Origin: Marsupella aquatica | Taxonomy: Eukaryota; Plantae; Marchantiophyta | Length of the DNA stretch: 64,000 nt | Direction of reading: 5' to 3' | Assembly: GCA_973895155.1 (NCBI GenBank) | Contig: OZ316893.1 | Coordinates: 24,169,520-24,233,519 of the forward strand | Shown: positions 19,500 to 31,000 of the stretch, in pieces | Layout of the letters: the number at the start of each line of letters is the position of its first letter | Numbering within the stretch: position 1 is the first letter of the stretch | Notes under the pieces: model-generated | What the model saw: the letters and a program-made list of their open reading frames with translations, nothing else | What the model was told of the DNA's origin: nothing | Databases searched by the model: none | Translations under genes and position numbers: made by a program

Positions 19500-21526
19500 G
19501 ACAAAGTCAGCCAAGTTGTACGAGACGCTTGCGGTACTGTAGAAGCTGTAATGTTTTGGGCAACGCTCAACAACGACAATAATGTTCATTTGATGGGATT
19601 ATCAAAAGCTCTGAACCACAGTCATCAAACATCAATGGAAGAAGGATAGTTTCTCACCATTGTATGACAGTGTCGTAATATCTGGAACTCATTTGGGCGG
19701 CCTGCATCACATTATCATCATCCAAATTGGAAGGTATATAAATAACCCTCTTCGATCACATTATCGTTTAAACTTTTGTCACGCGAACGGTCGCGTCAAG
19801 CTTAGAATTGTCATGTTTCCATTGTTTTTCAGGTATTTATGAGAGCTACAAGTTTTGTTTGCCCATGGGCTCAAATGGGGAAGAACGAAATGATGAAATT
19901 TGGAGAATTGGCTCTGTTTCTCTTCACAATGGAGGACAAAACATTCAAGAAGTGGATGGAGGTCTACAAACTATCAAGGATAGGAGAGCTTGTAATTTAC
20001 AACGGAATTTTATAGAGGGACGCCGTCAAAATTGTGGATAATCCATGTGCTTATCATCTTCTGAAGAAGACGTTTCGTTCTTGTCAAGGGTGCTCAGACT
20101 CGGTTCTTCGAAAGGCAACGGAATATATGTTGAGCGGAAGACTGTCTATACTCAAAAACCGAAGCATCAAAGTGAAATCTGGGAAGGCGAGGAAGTCCTC
20201 TGAGGCTCCAGTGTTGTCAACAACCAGCATGAGTTTGGAGCAATTTTGTATAAAGAAGAAGACGAAAGTTGAGTTTGAGATTTTATTATTGAGTAAACTC
20301 AACGGGGATACATCCACCCGGACGGAGCTGAAAAGTCTGACAGATTCAGCGCGGAAATTGCGGGTCAAAGAAATGATTGATCGCTTTAAGCTCGACAAGA
20401 TGGTGCTGAAGCAGTTGAGAGATGCGTTGAGTGGTTATCTGAAGAAGTGCTTAAATGTAAATATTAGTAATGATAATTTGTTGAAGGAGATCGACCCGAT
20501 ATTCTACAGGTTGGTGGAAGGAATACAAAAATCAGTTGATAGTCAAGGAAACCAACTAGTGCGGCCGGTCGGTGAGAGGCTAAAATTGCGATCCCTACAG
20601 GATATACAAAATGCTGGGTTTGCAGACTGTATCATACGTGAAGACAAGAACCTTGCGAGCTTGCGTCCACCAAATTGCTCATTCTATGAGGGGTTATTTC
20701 GTGCTACTAGCGAGATAGGGGCAAAACCACACCATGTGGTTATTATTGTAGCCTCTCCCGTTGAGTCTTACTTAATCAAACGGGAATTAGGGAAGTACAC
20801 ACACTACGTTGCTATCGATAGCCATTATATTCAAAAGCGGCCGAAGGAAAAGAAGCTTATTATAACCTACGCTTTTCACAGCTTGGCCTTCAGCACAATG
20901 GGCGATCCACAAGCCCTCGAGTTCCAATTGGTCTCCAAATATCAGATTGAGAAGATAGCCAATTTTGAAGAGAGTGGCGAGTTCACGACACCTTCCCCAT
21001 AAAAGATACTTCCATTCTTTGAAAGTATTGTTAGTCAATTCGTCCAATGTGGGGAATGGGCTATATGCTTCGGTGAGGGAATGAACTTGATCCAGTGCTT
21101 AATGGTAAGTTTTGAGATTTATATTTTGGGGTTTCAATTTTAAGATTATTTAGATTATTATATTCTCAATTAATATTGTGAACTAATTTCGGCTTTTTTT
21201 ACAGGATGCTGGATCCAATGTAAAATATTACTGCCCTGTGGCAACGCATAGGAAGTTGTCTTGTTTCTTGCAACACACCACGACGACAATTGATACAACG
21301 TTGTCATTGATTGACCCAGTACGGGCTAGTATAGAAAAATGTATAGATAAATTAATGAAGTACCGTCCATCCGTAACTGCTCTCAGGGCTGATGTTTTGG
21401 ATGTCCTCCACGAACAACATATCCCTGATAATATTTGTAATCAATTATTGCAAGAGTTTGCACTCTCTGAAGATTCCGATCGATTGTACATTCGACCAAC
21501 GGAGTACCCTAGTGGGCCAATCCAAG
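19500..21526 (+). pseudogene. Continuation of the cargo gene (several exons), possibly with a degenerate DNA-methyltransferase-like fold
   Basis: ORF 20034..21002 reads through a TAA into KILPFFESIVSQFVQCGEWAICFGEGMNLIQCLM. A GTAAGT..ACAG intron follows, then DAGSNVKYY. Confidence 0.5.
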
Positions 21527-21653
21527 GTAAGTTACTTTTGAAACCTCTTACTTTTTATTGCGTCACACGAACATGCGCGTGGACATTCATAACATTTCTT
21601 TTCACACGAATATGCGCGTGAGTCATTCTTATCAAATGATCTGATTTTATTCA

Positions 21654-22529
21654 GATCAAGTCGACTGCGGCTTCAATGTTGAGGATGCAAGGAGCAATGG
21701 TGATGCGGATGGTGAGGGGGAAGGTGACGCGGATGGGGATGTCAATGACCAAGATCCAGAGTGGATGACCGATACGCAGAACGACGTTAGAGATTCCGAC
21801 AATAGAGGAGATGAAGAGAGTGACGGAGAGGAGATGAAGGACGCTGAGGATGCCGATGAAGAGGACGAGGAGATGGAGGGTTCTGAGGACGCTGAGGACT
21901 CCGATGAAGAGGCCACACAGGAGCCTCGACATGAGGTGAACTGAGAGGAGGCGGTCCGGCAGGGTGAGGCCAGAGAGGAGGCGGCCCGGCAGGAGGAGGC
22001 CCGGCTGGAGGAGGCCAGGCTGGAGGAGGCCCGACAGGAGGCGGCCCGGCAAGAGGAGCTTCAAAAGAAGGAGGCGGCCCGACAAGAGGAGCTTCAAAAG
22101 AAGGAGGCTAAGAAGAAAAAGGCAGCAGCTAGAAAAGCAACTGCCGCAAAGAAGGAGAAAGCCGAGGCTGAGAAAGCCCAGGCGGAGAAAGCGGAGGCCG
22201 AGAACGCGGAGGCCGAGAACGCGGAGGCTGAGAACGCGGAGGCTGAGAAAGCCCAGGCTGAGAAAGCGGAGGCTGCGAGAGTCCTTTTAGTGACAGAGGC
22301 AAATAGGGCCAAGGCGGAGAGTGTGGCGGCTGAGAGGTTGCTGGCCGAGAGGATGGCGGACGAGACCGCAAGACCGGAGAGGGTGGAGGCGGAGAAGTTG
22401 GAGGCAAAAAAGGTCGATTCCGCAAGACTGGAGAGAGAAGAAGCCGCAAGACTGGAGGCAGCGAGGAAGGAGGCCAAGAGGGCTAAGGATCTTTTGCTTA
22501 TTCCTGAGGCACAACGTCTACCAAAATAA
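21654..22529 (+). repeat. Acidic and EEAARQ/AEKAEAE low-complexity coding repeats of the cargo gene
   Basis: GAGGAGGCGGCCCGGCA-type and GAGAACGCGGAGGCT-type tandem units; D/E-rich stretch followed by an A/E/K coiled coil. Confidence 0.75.
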
Positions 22530-23288
22530 GGCTGAATTTGAAGAAGCCTTTTTCACCCTCAATTGCAGTTAAGAAGAAAATATTAGACTATTTTCTTCGC
22601 CCGGAGTTTGAATTTAACAATCCACCCTTAAGTACGGTCTCGTTGGATGATTGGAATAAATATTCACCGGAGCAGCTCCGAGTCCAGGCAGTCCTTGCTT
22701 TGCAATATTGGAATGGTATTTTGATTACCGAGGAGAAGACTGCCACTGCATCCAGAATGGAGACAATCATCAATAATATCTGCTTTTCCGAGAATCGAGT
22801 GCAAGACCTGGGAACGTTTTTGGCACCAGACTCGGCTTAAGTCGTTAAGAGACTAACAGCTGACTTGACGCGACCGGGTTCGTGGTCTCGACCCCGATAT
22901 ATTGCAGAGGTCACTCGCGCAGAAATTGTGGCACCGGATATTTTGGAATCGGATTCCCAGATTGTGGAATATTTGAATCAAATGCCACAACCATTTGAAG
23001 GTCTTCCCGCCTCATCGCTCCAACCTTCGCAAACTGGTCCGGTGGAGCGATCACTCCGGTCTCGCGGAGGGCTGAAGGATGTTGTTGCGATTGAGGCACC
23101 CAAGAGATCAGCTGCGAAAAGGCCGGATCCACCCAATCCAAAGGTCATTCGCAAGCTATAAGCTTAAAGTTTCTATTATAGATGTCATTATTTTATTATT
23201 GATTTGTTATTGTTTCTGTTTTCTGAGGTAGAACCCTTAGGCTACAACCTCAGTACGTTATTTGAAGGCGTACTGAAATCTCTGTTTT

Positions 23289-24084
23289 TTGCAATTTTTT
23301 GAAAATTTGGCTAGTCGAATAGATCAATGCCTTGATCCTTCTAAGGATATGGAAGAGCTAATGACCAAGTTCTTAAAACACTCGATCAAGAGGAAACATA
23401 TGATGTGTCTGAGACCGCACGAGTTGCTCACCGATGATATAATTAATGCTTATTTGAGTTTTCTCGAACTGATTCTCGATAGAGTTGGAAAGTCAGACCT
23501 TGTCAAATTCTTCCAAACACACCATTTTGAGCTTCTCTCCATGGATCCTACCATTTTCGACGAGGAGAGAGCAGCTTCAACAAAGGAGTTTCCGCTAAAA
23601 ATCAGTCAATACGACAAACTGGTCTTTCGAGTACACAATGCTGTGAAAGAACATTGGTCATTGGTAGTTGTGTATCCGAAGGAGAAATGGCTGGAGTACC
23701 TAGATTCTCTAGTTCATAATCGACAAAAATCCTGGGGTGCTAGATATTGTTGGGAAGTACTACGCCGACGAAATTGGCTGAAGAATTGGTGTCAACTTGG
23801 ATCTCTCAGGTTGGGAACGGATATATCGAAATGATATTCCTCACCAGAGTGACGGCCACAGTTGTGGTGTGTTTATCTTGAGATACGCCAAGTGCTTGTG
23901 TCAAGGAAACGAAATTAATTTTGCCGCGGATCAAATTGAGAAATTCCGTAGGGAGATAGTCTTGTCGTTATTTGACATGGACTTCCGCAAGCCGACGTCC
24001 GCAAGTAACCTAGTTACCGGGATCCGTGCTGCTATGATTGACATTTCCGACGGAATTCCAGCACTGAATAACCATCTTGTATAG
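23289..24084 (+). pseudogene. Ulp1/SENP (C48) SUMO-protease domain, frameshifted
   Basis: LLTDDIINAYL, EHWSLVVV (His), YLDSL (Asp) and PHQSDGHSCGVF (Gln/Cys), split across two overlapping frames. Confidence 0.88.
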
Positions 24085-24170
24085 GTAATACACTTCATTT
24101 CAGTGTCACTCTTTGTAGTCACGCGACCGTTTGCATTATAAACTTATTTTCATTTCTTAATGTTTTACAG

Positions 24171-25076
24171 AAGCCTATCCCGAAACCCCCTGATCGAGTA
24201 TCAAAGGCACCAGTCCGGAAGTCCGGTGATCGTCCGGAGGCGGGAAACAAACAGACCGTTCTAGTATGTTCTCCAAACCCTGCGGCACAAAAATCACAGG
24301 TACAGATGGCGCCTAATCCATCGGCAAAGAAGTCACCGGTTCAAAAGAGACTTGTAATTTTTGATCTGAATCGGGTACTTATCTGGTCAGAGAAGATCAG
24401 CCCTAGGATGCCCATTCGGTCAAGGGGTGTGAGATAGATGCACAAGGTTATCTATCCAAGGCCTGATTTAATGGAATTTCTTGAGAAGGTGGCAGATCTA
24501 TACGACATTGCAATCTGGTCGTGCATGTTCAAACGGAATATTCTATGTTGTGTAAGGCTGATACTTCGACCCGAAGTTTTGAAACGTATTAAATTTATAT
24601 GGGGACAAGAATCAACTCGACTTATTGGGAAGAATAATAATGACATCCCCTTATTTGTCAAATGTCTCTCCGACATTGCCGCCGATATTAAAGATTACAA
24701 CATCGAGAATGTCATTCTTATCGATGACGCTGCATATAAGACGAGCCTTAATGACTTCTATTCATCGCTGTATCCCGATGCATATTCTGGGCTCGATGAT
24801 GACCTATTTTTTAGAAAGAAACTATATCCATATCTATGCGACATGTCAATTGACAAGTTGACATTCCGCGAGCTTCTTAGTGGATATGGGATTCCAACGT
24901 TCTCTCAAGAAAATCTTGAGAAAGATTATATTGATAAGACGAATCTTTGGAGGAGAAATATGATCATTCGTAATCAGGGGAATAAAGACCATTTAGAAAA
25001 GTTTGACAAATTTATGAAATACTTATCTGCCGAAAAAGACCGTGCTATAGAAGCCCAGGATAAGTCCAATAAGTAA
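24171..25076 (+). pseudogene. FCP1/NIF (HAD) CTD-phosphatase-like domain 1
   Basis: KRLVIFDLNRVLI upstream of an in-frame TAG (24435-24437), then PRPDLMEFL, IAIWS, FIWGQE and NVILIDD. Confidence 0.82.
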
Positions 25077-25201
25077 ACATTTATTGTTTATTATCAATTA
25101 TTATTTATAAATTGATTGAAATTGAACTGTTGGGAGTGACGCGCCCGGTCGCGTGGTTGTTTGCAATTGCATAATATGAGAATCGAATTGTTCATTTACA
25201 G

Positions 25202-25909
25202 GTGTCTAAGTGGAGCAGGTTGCGTCAACTTCTAGTTTTAGGACCGGAAAACTTCCTGTGCTCTGTTTCAAAATATACTCCTCAGCTCAAGTCGACACCC
25301 GGAATTCGTATCGGATCTCTATGTGTCGTTCCGAGGCTGCATCTTCATGATCTTATAAAATTCTGTTATGATCATTTTGATGTGATGGTCTGGTCTATTC
25401 TTGACAATAAACTGGTTTATCAGATACTTTCAGAAGTGTTGTCGAGCACCGACCTGTCACAGCTGATATATGAGTTCACGCAAGATCATTGTTGGAATCT
25501 TGGTTATGTGAAGAAAAATTATAAGACTGTTGTCTTCAAATCTATCGAGAGACTACGTGATATGTTTCAAGATTATCGACCAGAGAATATAATCCAGATT
25601 GATGCCTGTCCTTCCCATACATGCCAGACAGCTGTATGCGGATTATTGTTCGCTAAGTCGTTTCAAGGATCATTGGATGATGTCTTTTTGAGGGATGACC
25701 TCATTCCATATTTATGAAAGCTATCAAATTTAGGGCTTTGTCTTGCGTTCGCTAACAAGTTCGATTATCCCATCTGATCGATTAGAAATCTACATCGAGA
25801 TTGGGATCTGAACGAGGATATATGGGAGCATCTGTACATGCAGAGACATGTGGATCAAGTTCTTATCAAACACTTCAACAGACGTCACTTATCAATGGCC
25901 AGAGTGTAG
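25202..25909 (+). pseudogene. FCP1/NIF-like domain 2, degenerate, with in-frame stops
   Basis: LLVLGPENFL, VPRLHLHDLI, FDVMVWS, ENIIQID, DDVFLRDDLIPYL; tail HVDQVLIKHFNRR. Confidence 0.72.
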
Positions 25910-25995
25910 AGGATGTTTTCTCTGTAATATGTGACAAGACCATTTGCGTGACTACATCCATACGGGCTCATGCATCTTCTTGTGTTTCTCTACAG

Positions 25996-26724
25996 GAGAT
26001 TCATTGCAGCAGAGAAAATGGGCTCATAGTTTTAGACGTGGAGCATCTACTCTGTTACACTGCACCGCATTCCCGACTGATGGCGGTCTCAGCTGGAATT
26101 CGGATTGGGAATATATACGTTTTTCCAAGGCCTCATCTTCACAAATTCTTGAGATTCTATTTTGAGAATTTTGATGTAGGGATCTGGTCCTCTCTTGGGA
26201 AGAACCTTTTAGATCAGATTTTAGCATCAATTTTTACTGCGATGGAAATGGCCTCATTTAAGTATATTTGGGATCAGTCTCATTGTTACTTATGCGATGG
26301 GGTGACATCAAATAAGCGGATATTTTTGAAGTGTTTTGAGAAGGTTGGAATTTATACGAAGGCGTATCTGCAGCAAAATATAATGCTTATCGAATCCGAT
26401 GCATTTCATGCTTGTTTAGATCCTGTTGTTGGATCATTATTTCCGCCCAAATATTTTGGGTCGGTCGACGATAGTTTCCTGATTAACTTGCTGATTCCGT
26501 ATCTTAGCAAGCTAGCAAACTCTTGTGAGCCGCTTGTCATTGCCAACGGAAGAGATTATCCAGATTGGTCAGTTAAATCTATTTTTAGAGATTATGATTA
26601 TAATCATACTCTATGGGAAGACCCTGTGATTCAGAGGCATGGAGATAGATATCTAGTAGAGCAATTTAACAGACGCCCAATTTTGGACGCTTCCAAAATA
26701 ATAGTCGGCATGAGATCAGATTAA
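25996..26724 (+). CDS. FCP1/NIF-like domain 3, degenerate catalytic motif
   Basis: LIVLDVEHLL, FPRPHLHKFL, FDVGIWSS, YIWDQSHC, DDSFLINLLIPYL; tail HGDRYLVEQFNRR is paralogous to domain 2. Confidence 0.75.
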   Translation, partial: EIHCSRENGLIVLDVEHLLCYTAPHSRLMAVSAGIRIGNIYVFPRPHLHKFLRFYFENFDVGIWSSLGKNLLDQILASIFTAMEMASFKYIWDQSHCYLCDGVTSNKRIFLKCFEKVGIYTKAYLQQNIMLIESDAFHACLDPVVGSLFPPKYFGSVDDSFLINLLIPYLSKLANSCEPLVIANGRDYPDWSVKSIFRDYDYNHTLWEDPVIQRHGDRYLVEQFNRRPILDASKIIVGMRSD

Positions 26725-26999
26725 TTTGTATTGTCGTTCTAGAAACTATTTGTAAACTCCTTATATACTGGTTATCATATATAAAGGATCTCAAAGATTT
26801 ATTTCTCTATTATTATTATTTGCGTGAGCATGTCTCTTGGTCCCGTCAAGTTGGATTGGTTAAAATGTGACGTTGCAGTCATTTTCAGGGTTTCACGCGC
26901 AGCCACGCGTCATGTCGCCCCCTTTTTATTAAAATAATAATATTTAGTGATTTTTGGAATTTCCAAAGTTCGGTTTTCCTTAAATTGGGGTTTTATCAG

Positions 27000-27225
27000 A
27001 TACCTGTCCGATACTAATCTTATCGGAAGACATCCGATTCTAAAACTAACGAAAGGAAGGACCGTTTACATTTGCATCGGAAGGTGAACATGCGATTCAA
27101 AAAAATGGCAAATTGCATGACTATTGACGTCGGACAAGTCCAATGCATTTCTGATTTCTTTAGTGTCGGATGGCTGAGCTCTCGCAATATCGGAGCATAA
27201 AAAAAAAGCTGAAAATGTACTAGTG
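27000..27225 (-). mobile_element. CACTA (EnSpm)-type terminus with subterminal repeats
   Basis: Terminal CACTAGTACA on the minus strand, with about 7 TCGGA/TCCGA motifs in both orientations within 230 bp. Confidence 0.75.
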
Positions 27226-27730
27226 TTGCTCTCTGAATCTCAGTGGCTTCATCAATAGCTCAGTCTTCCTATTTCTCAAGGTGAGTTTGGGCTTAATTCC
27301 ATTGAGCGCCTTGCACCTTTAGCCTTTTTGGGCACATGGGCGGCCGCCTTCTCATTGTTGGCCAATTATTTCCTTATTGAGGATCGACCTTTTTTACTTT
27401 CATCTCTCATGGAGGTAGAGGAGGGTTCCCTCCCATTTCAGGTTCATTTGCGCGCGACATGATCATCATTACTAGATCCTGTTTGCATTGCGTTACCTTC
27501 ATTTCAGGAGTTTTTATCCTTGGACCCCATCCATCTTGAGGCAGACCTTGCTGGGCGTATGCACGCTTTCACCCTTTCCAGCATCCTCTCCGAGGCACCT
27601 GACATGGACCGAGCTCAGATTCTTTCTTCCAAAGGGAAGGGCACAAGAGGATGGCTTCAGGCCAATCCAGTCATTCCTCATCTGCGGATGTCTTTAGCGG
27701 AGTTCTCGATAGCCATGCGTCTTCGTATGG

Positions 27731-27938
27731 TGCCCTGGGCCCTCAGTCTTAACTAATACGTGGAGGACGTGCGAATGCTTGAAGGGTAGTTTTTATTCAT
27801 TTTGAACTAATAATTATAATTATTACTGGTAATAAGGGAACTTTTATTGGTAAAATGGAAATAACAAGGGGTAAACACGAAAAGGGCCCGATCACAGGGG
27901 GGTCCACTTCTTTTACATGGAGTGAGGGCCTAGGGGTA
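27731..27938. mobile_element. ~200-bp MITE in the LINE
   Basis: TIR CCCTGGGCCCTCAGTC / GAGTGAGGGCCTAGGG. Removing it with a short TSD (TGG; alternative GTATG) restores CGT ATG GGA CTG (RMGL). Confidence 0.7.
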
Positions 27939-28090
27939 TGGGACTGCCCCACCCACTTCTCTCAGGTACGGTTTACCTCCTTGTACTTGTGGGAAGCCTT
28001 GTGATACCACAGGTGTCCATCTTCTTCGGAGCAGTTTGGGAGGTGAAACCATTTTGTTCACAACGTTGTGAGAGATGCGACTGCTTAGGT

Positions 28091-31000
28091 TGTCACACCA
28101 AAAGTTGCGTCCTGAATTGGATTTTGGTTTAGGCGGCCATAAAATCTGTTAGTATTGAGGTTTGGGCAAGGAGGGGCGTGCGCACAATACTGCATTCCAC
28201 TAACTTGACACTAAATGTGCCCAACCCTATTACTACCCGTATCATAGGTATCATTTGTGTTCCGCCGCCAGAACATACCTCAAATCGATAGCTAGATCGA
28301 GCCCGGCTTAAGGACTTCTAAGCCTTTGTGCTGTCCGCCTCCGATCCATATCCGATAATACGGGCAGCTAACTTGGGCCCAAAACTGCTATCCGCAACCT
28401 ACACCCCATGCACGGCTTGTATAGCACGTTTGGTCCAGCATTCTCTATCCGCACACAAGATGTACAATTGTTAGCATTCACATCATACACGCTTGATTTA
28501 CACAAAGGAAATAGTGGAGAAAAGACTTTTACTTCAGAATCCGTTATGCACATACACATGGTTGACTCGACTTCTTTCGAATACTCAGGCCGAAGGCAAA
28601 GAGGCGTACACTACAACGGAGCCCAGCTCTGCACTTGCCCAGCGAGCTTAGTCGTACCCTCAATCCTTGGAACTTTTATTCAAGAAGGCTGAGACTCCTC
28701 GCACATCATGCGGACACCCAGTTCTGAACCTAAAATCCCCCCCCCCCCCGCTGCCTCTCCTGGGGGTTCACTAAATACTATCTAAGAACCGTGGCCAGGA
28801 GTGGGCACGTGCTCGAATTCTAACCTATGCTAGTCCTAGCTAAACGCCAGTCCGCTAAAACGGCTTGTCATTACCCTAAGATACTACGCTAAAAGGTTGT
28901 TGGCACTGCTCTAACTAGTTCCAGCGCTCGTCGGTAGTATCCTATTCCTACAGCTAAACCTACGCTACTCCAAACTATTGGCGTCGCTTAATGTCTGGCT
29001 TGCTTATTAGATCCGCCCAAGTGAGACTTGGATCGGCCGTCCCGTTGCCTCCTCAGCCGGTTGACGTCTTGCTTGAGGATTTGGACCTGGTCCATGAGAG
29101 AATCATTTTCTCTCTTCACCGCATCCGTCTCTTCCGCGGCTTCCTGGCATGCCTCTTCCAACTGCTGACCATCGCTCGTTAGCTTGGCCACCAGTCTTGT
29201 TTAGTGGCTTCTTGTTGGAGCTGTGCCACCTCCACTTTCAGGACGTCTACCTTGGCGGTATCTTGTTGGGCCCAAGCATTGGCCTCCTCTACGTCCTTCT
29301 ACCAGATTACAGCTTGTACCTTCAAACTGTCAATCTGGGTCTGGAGTTGTGAGATCTCAGCGTCCTTCTCGGCTTCGGCTTGCTCGGCCAGGTTTAACTT
29401 GGCCTTGGTATCGGTGACTTGGGCGAGGGCCGTTGCCATCTGAGGACGGAGAAGCTATAGCTCAGTATCCCGGTGTGCTGCTTTGCCTAAGAGTCTAGCG
29501 GTTTCAACCCGGTACCGCTCAATCTTTGTTGTGGCTTCAGCCTGTGTTCGTCCCGCTTTTACTGCCGCTACCAGTTCCTGGCTAAAGAAGTAGGCTACTT
29601 TGCGGCCATGAACTCCCCCATTTCCCAACGAATTTGTTGGGAGAAGTCCCCTTACTAGCAGCCTGTTCAAATATGTACCCGGTGCCAAGAGTTCCAGGTT
29701 TACTAAGTTGTGCCCGCTCGGGTTCGGGCAAGGGCAGACCTCTACTTGGGAAGAGGCCGGGGTGGTCACGTCTAGCCCGAAGGCAAGATGGCTAGCGGGG
29801 CCAAGGAATTTAGCCAAAGGGTCTACCGGTGTTGGTGTGGAGGGTACCGCGGTTCCCTGATGGCCTCGGGAACGGGGCCGGCTTCCTCTCGCTCAGCAGT
29901 CACTGCACGGTCCTGGTTTTGGCCTCCAGGGTTGCATTCACTGCCGAGTATGGCACCAGCAAAGGTGTCTCAATGGCTTGTGGTGGGGCCGGGGTGTGCG
30001 CTACTGGTGCTGGAGCCCGAGATTTGGGCTGTGGCCGTCGTTCCAGCGCCGGAAAGACCCATTGGAATGGGGTGAGCTTGGGCTCGTTGAGCCGCGGAAG
30101 GGTTTGTCGATCAAAGCGGGTGTACCATTTGATAATAATCTCAATGTGGCTTACGAGGTATGTCTTTCCCCCGAGGTACAGGGTCTTCCTTTGGTACTCC
30201 ATCTCTTCGTGGAACTTCTTGACAAAGAAGGAGGCCCACTTTCTAGGCCAATAGTTCTCAACCTGGATTACCTGGGCTGCGGATATCTCTCCCCGCGGCA
30301 TCATGTGGAGGGCGTACCGTTGGAACTCCAGCCGCTCTGCAATCTCCGGGATGAGGCACGTCCTCATCAGGAAGCCGTTGTCCACCAAACCCTTGGGTGG
30401 GAAGCTTGAAGATTGGTACTTTGCTCCCTTTCCCCCTAGGGCCCGTGACTCCACCCGGTTCTGACCCTCGGGTAGGCCAAAAATGAGCATAAGCTGCTCC
30501 TCATTTAAAGACATTACCCTTCCGTGTGCACAGGTCTAAACTCCGTCATGTCTTGCCCGTAGTACTTGCAAGTGTTCCAAGGGAGGGTGGCAATATGTTT
30601 GAACCCTTGGGTCTTCAGGTACGCTACATGCTTCGGATGGAGGATGTTCTTGTGAACATTCTCCCCCATGCGATGCATTGTTAACTTGGCCACGGCAACG
30701 GTGGCCACGGGTAAACCGGATACTGCAGCCGGCTCCTTCCTCTTCTGTCCCCAAGAGTTTTTCCCAGGATGGCTTGTAGAAGGAGACATCTCCCCGTCCT
30801 CCCTATCTGGTAGGGGTAGCACGACTGCAATCAGAACGGGTGTCGGGGCCGCCACGATCACCGTGTTGTCTATTGGGGCCATCTCTCGGGTTTGGGTTTG
30901 TGTGGACGGCGATGTATTACCCGGCCTGTGTCAATGTGCCCCCGGAGGTCTCCAAACAAGAGGAGGATGAGCCTCCTTGTCCTCTGAGCTGAGGTTCGCC

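Larger units (their letters stand above)
1..27225 (+). mobile_element. Large DNA-transposon region, left end outside the window, right end CACTA-type; inserted into a LINE and interrupted by a Ty3/Gypsy element
   Basis: Ends ...AAAATGTACTAGTG at 27225 (reverse complement CACTAGTACATTTT), abutting LINE coding sequence. It contains a transposase and Ulp1/FCP1 cargo. Whether all parts belong to one element cannot be shown from this window. Confidence 0.55.

Noticed and set aside
21651-22572. Arg-rich, Leu-rich and Ser/Ala-rich ORFs
   Set aside because: Alternative-frame or antisense readings of the E/A/K repeat region.
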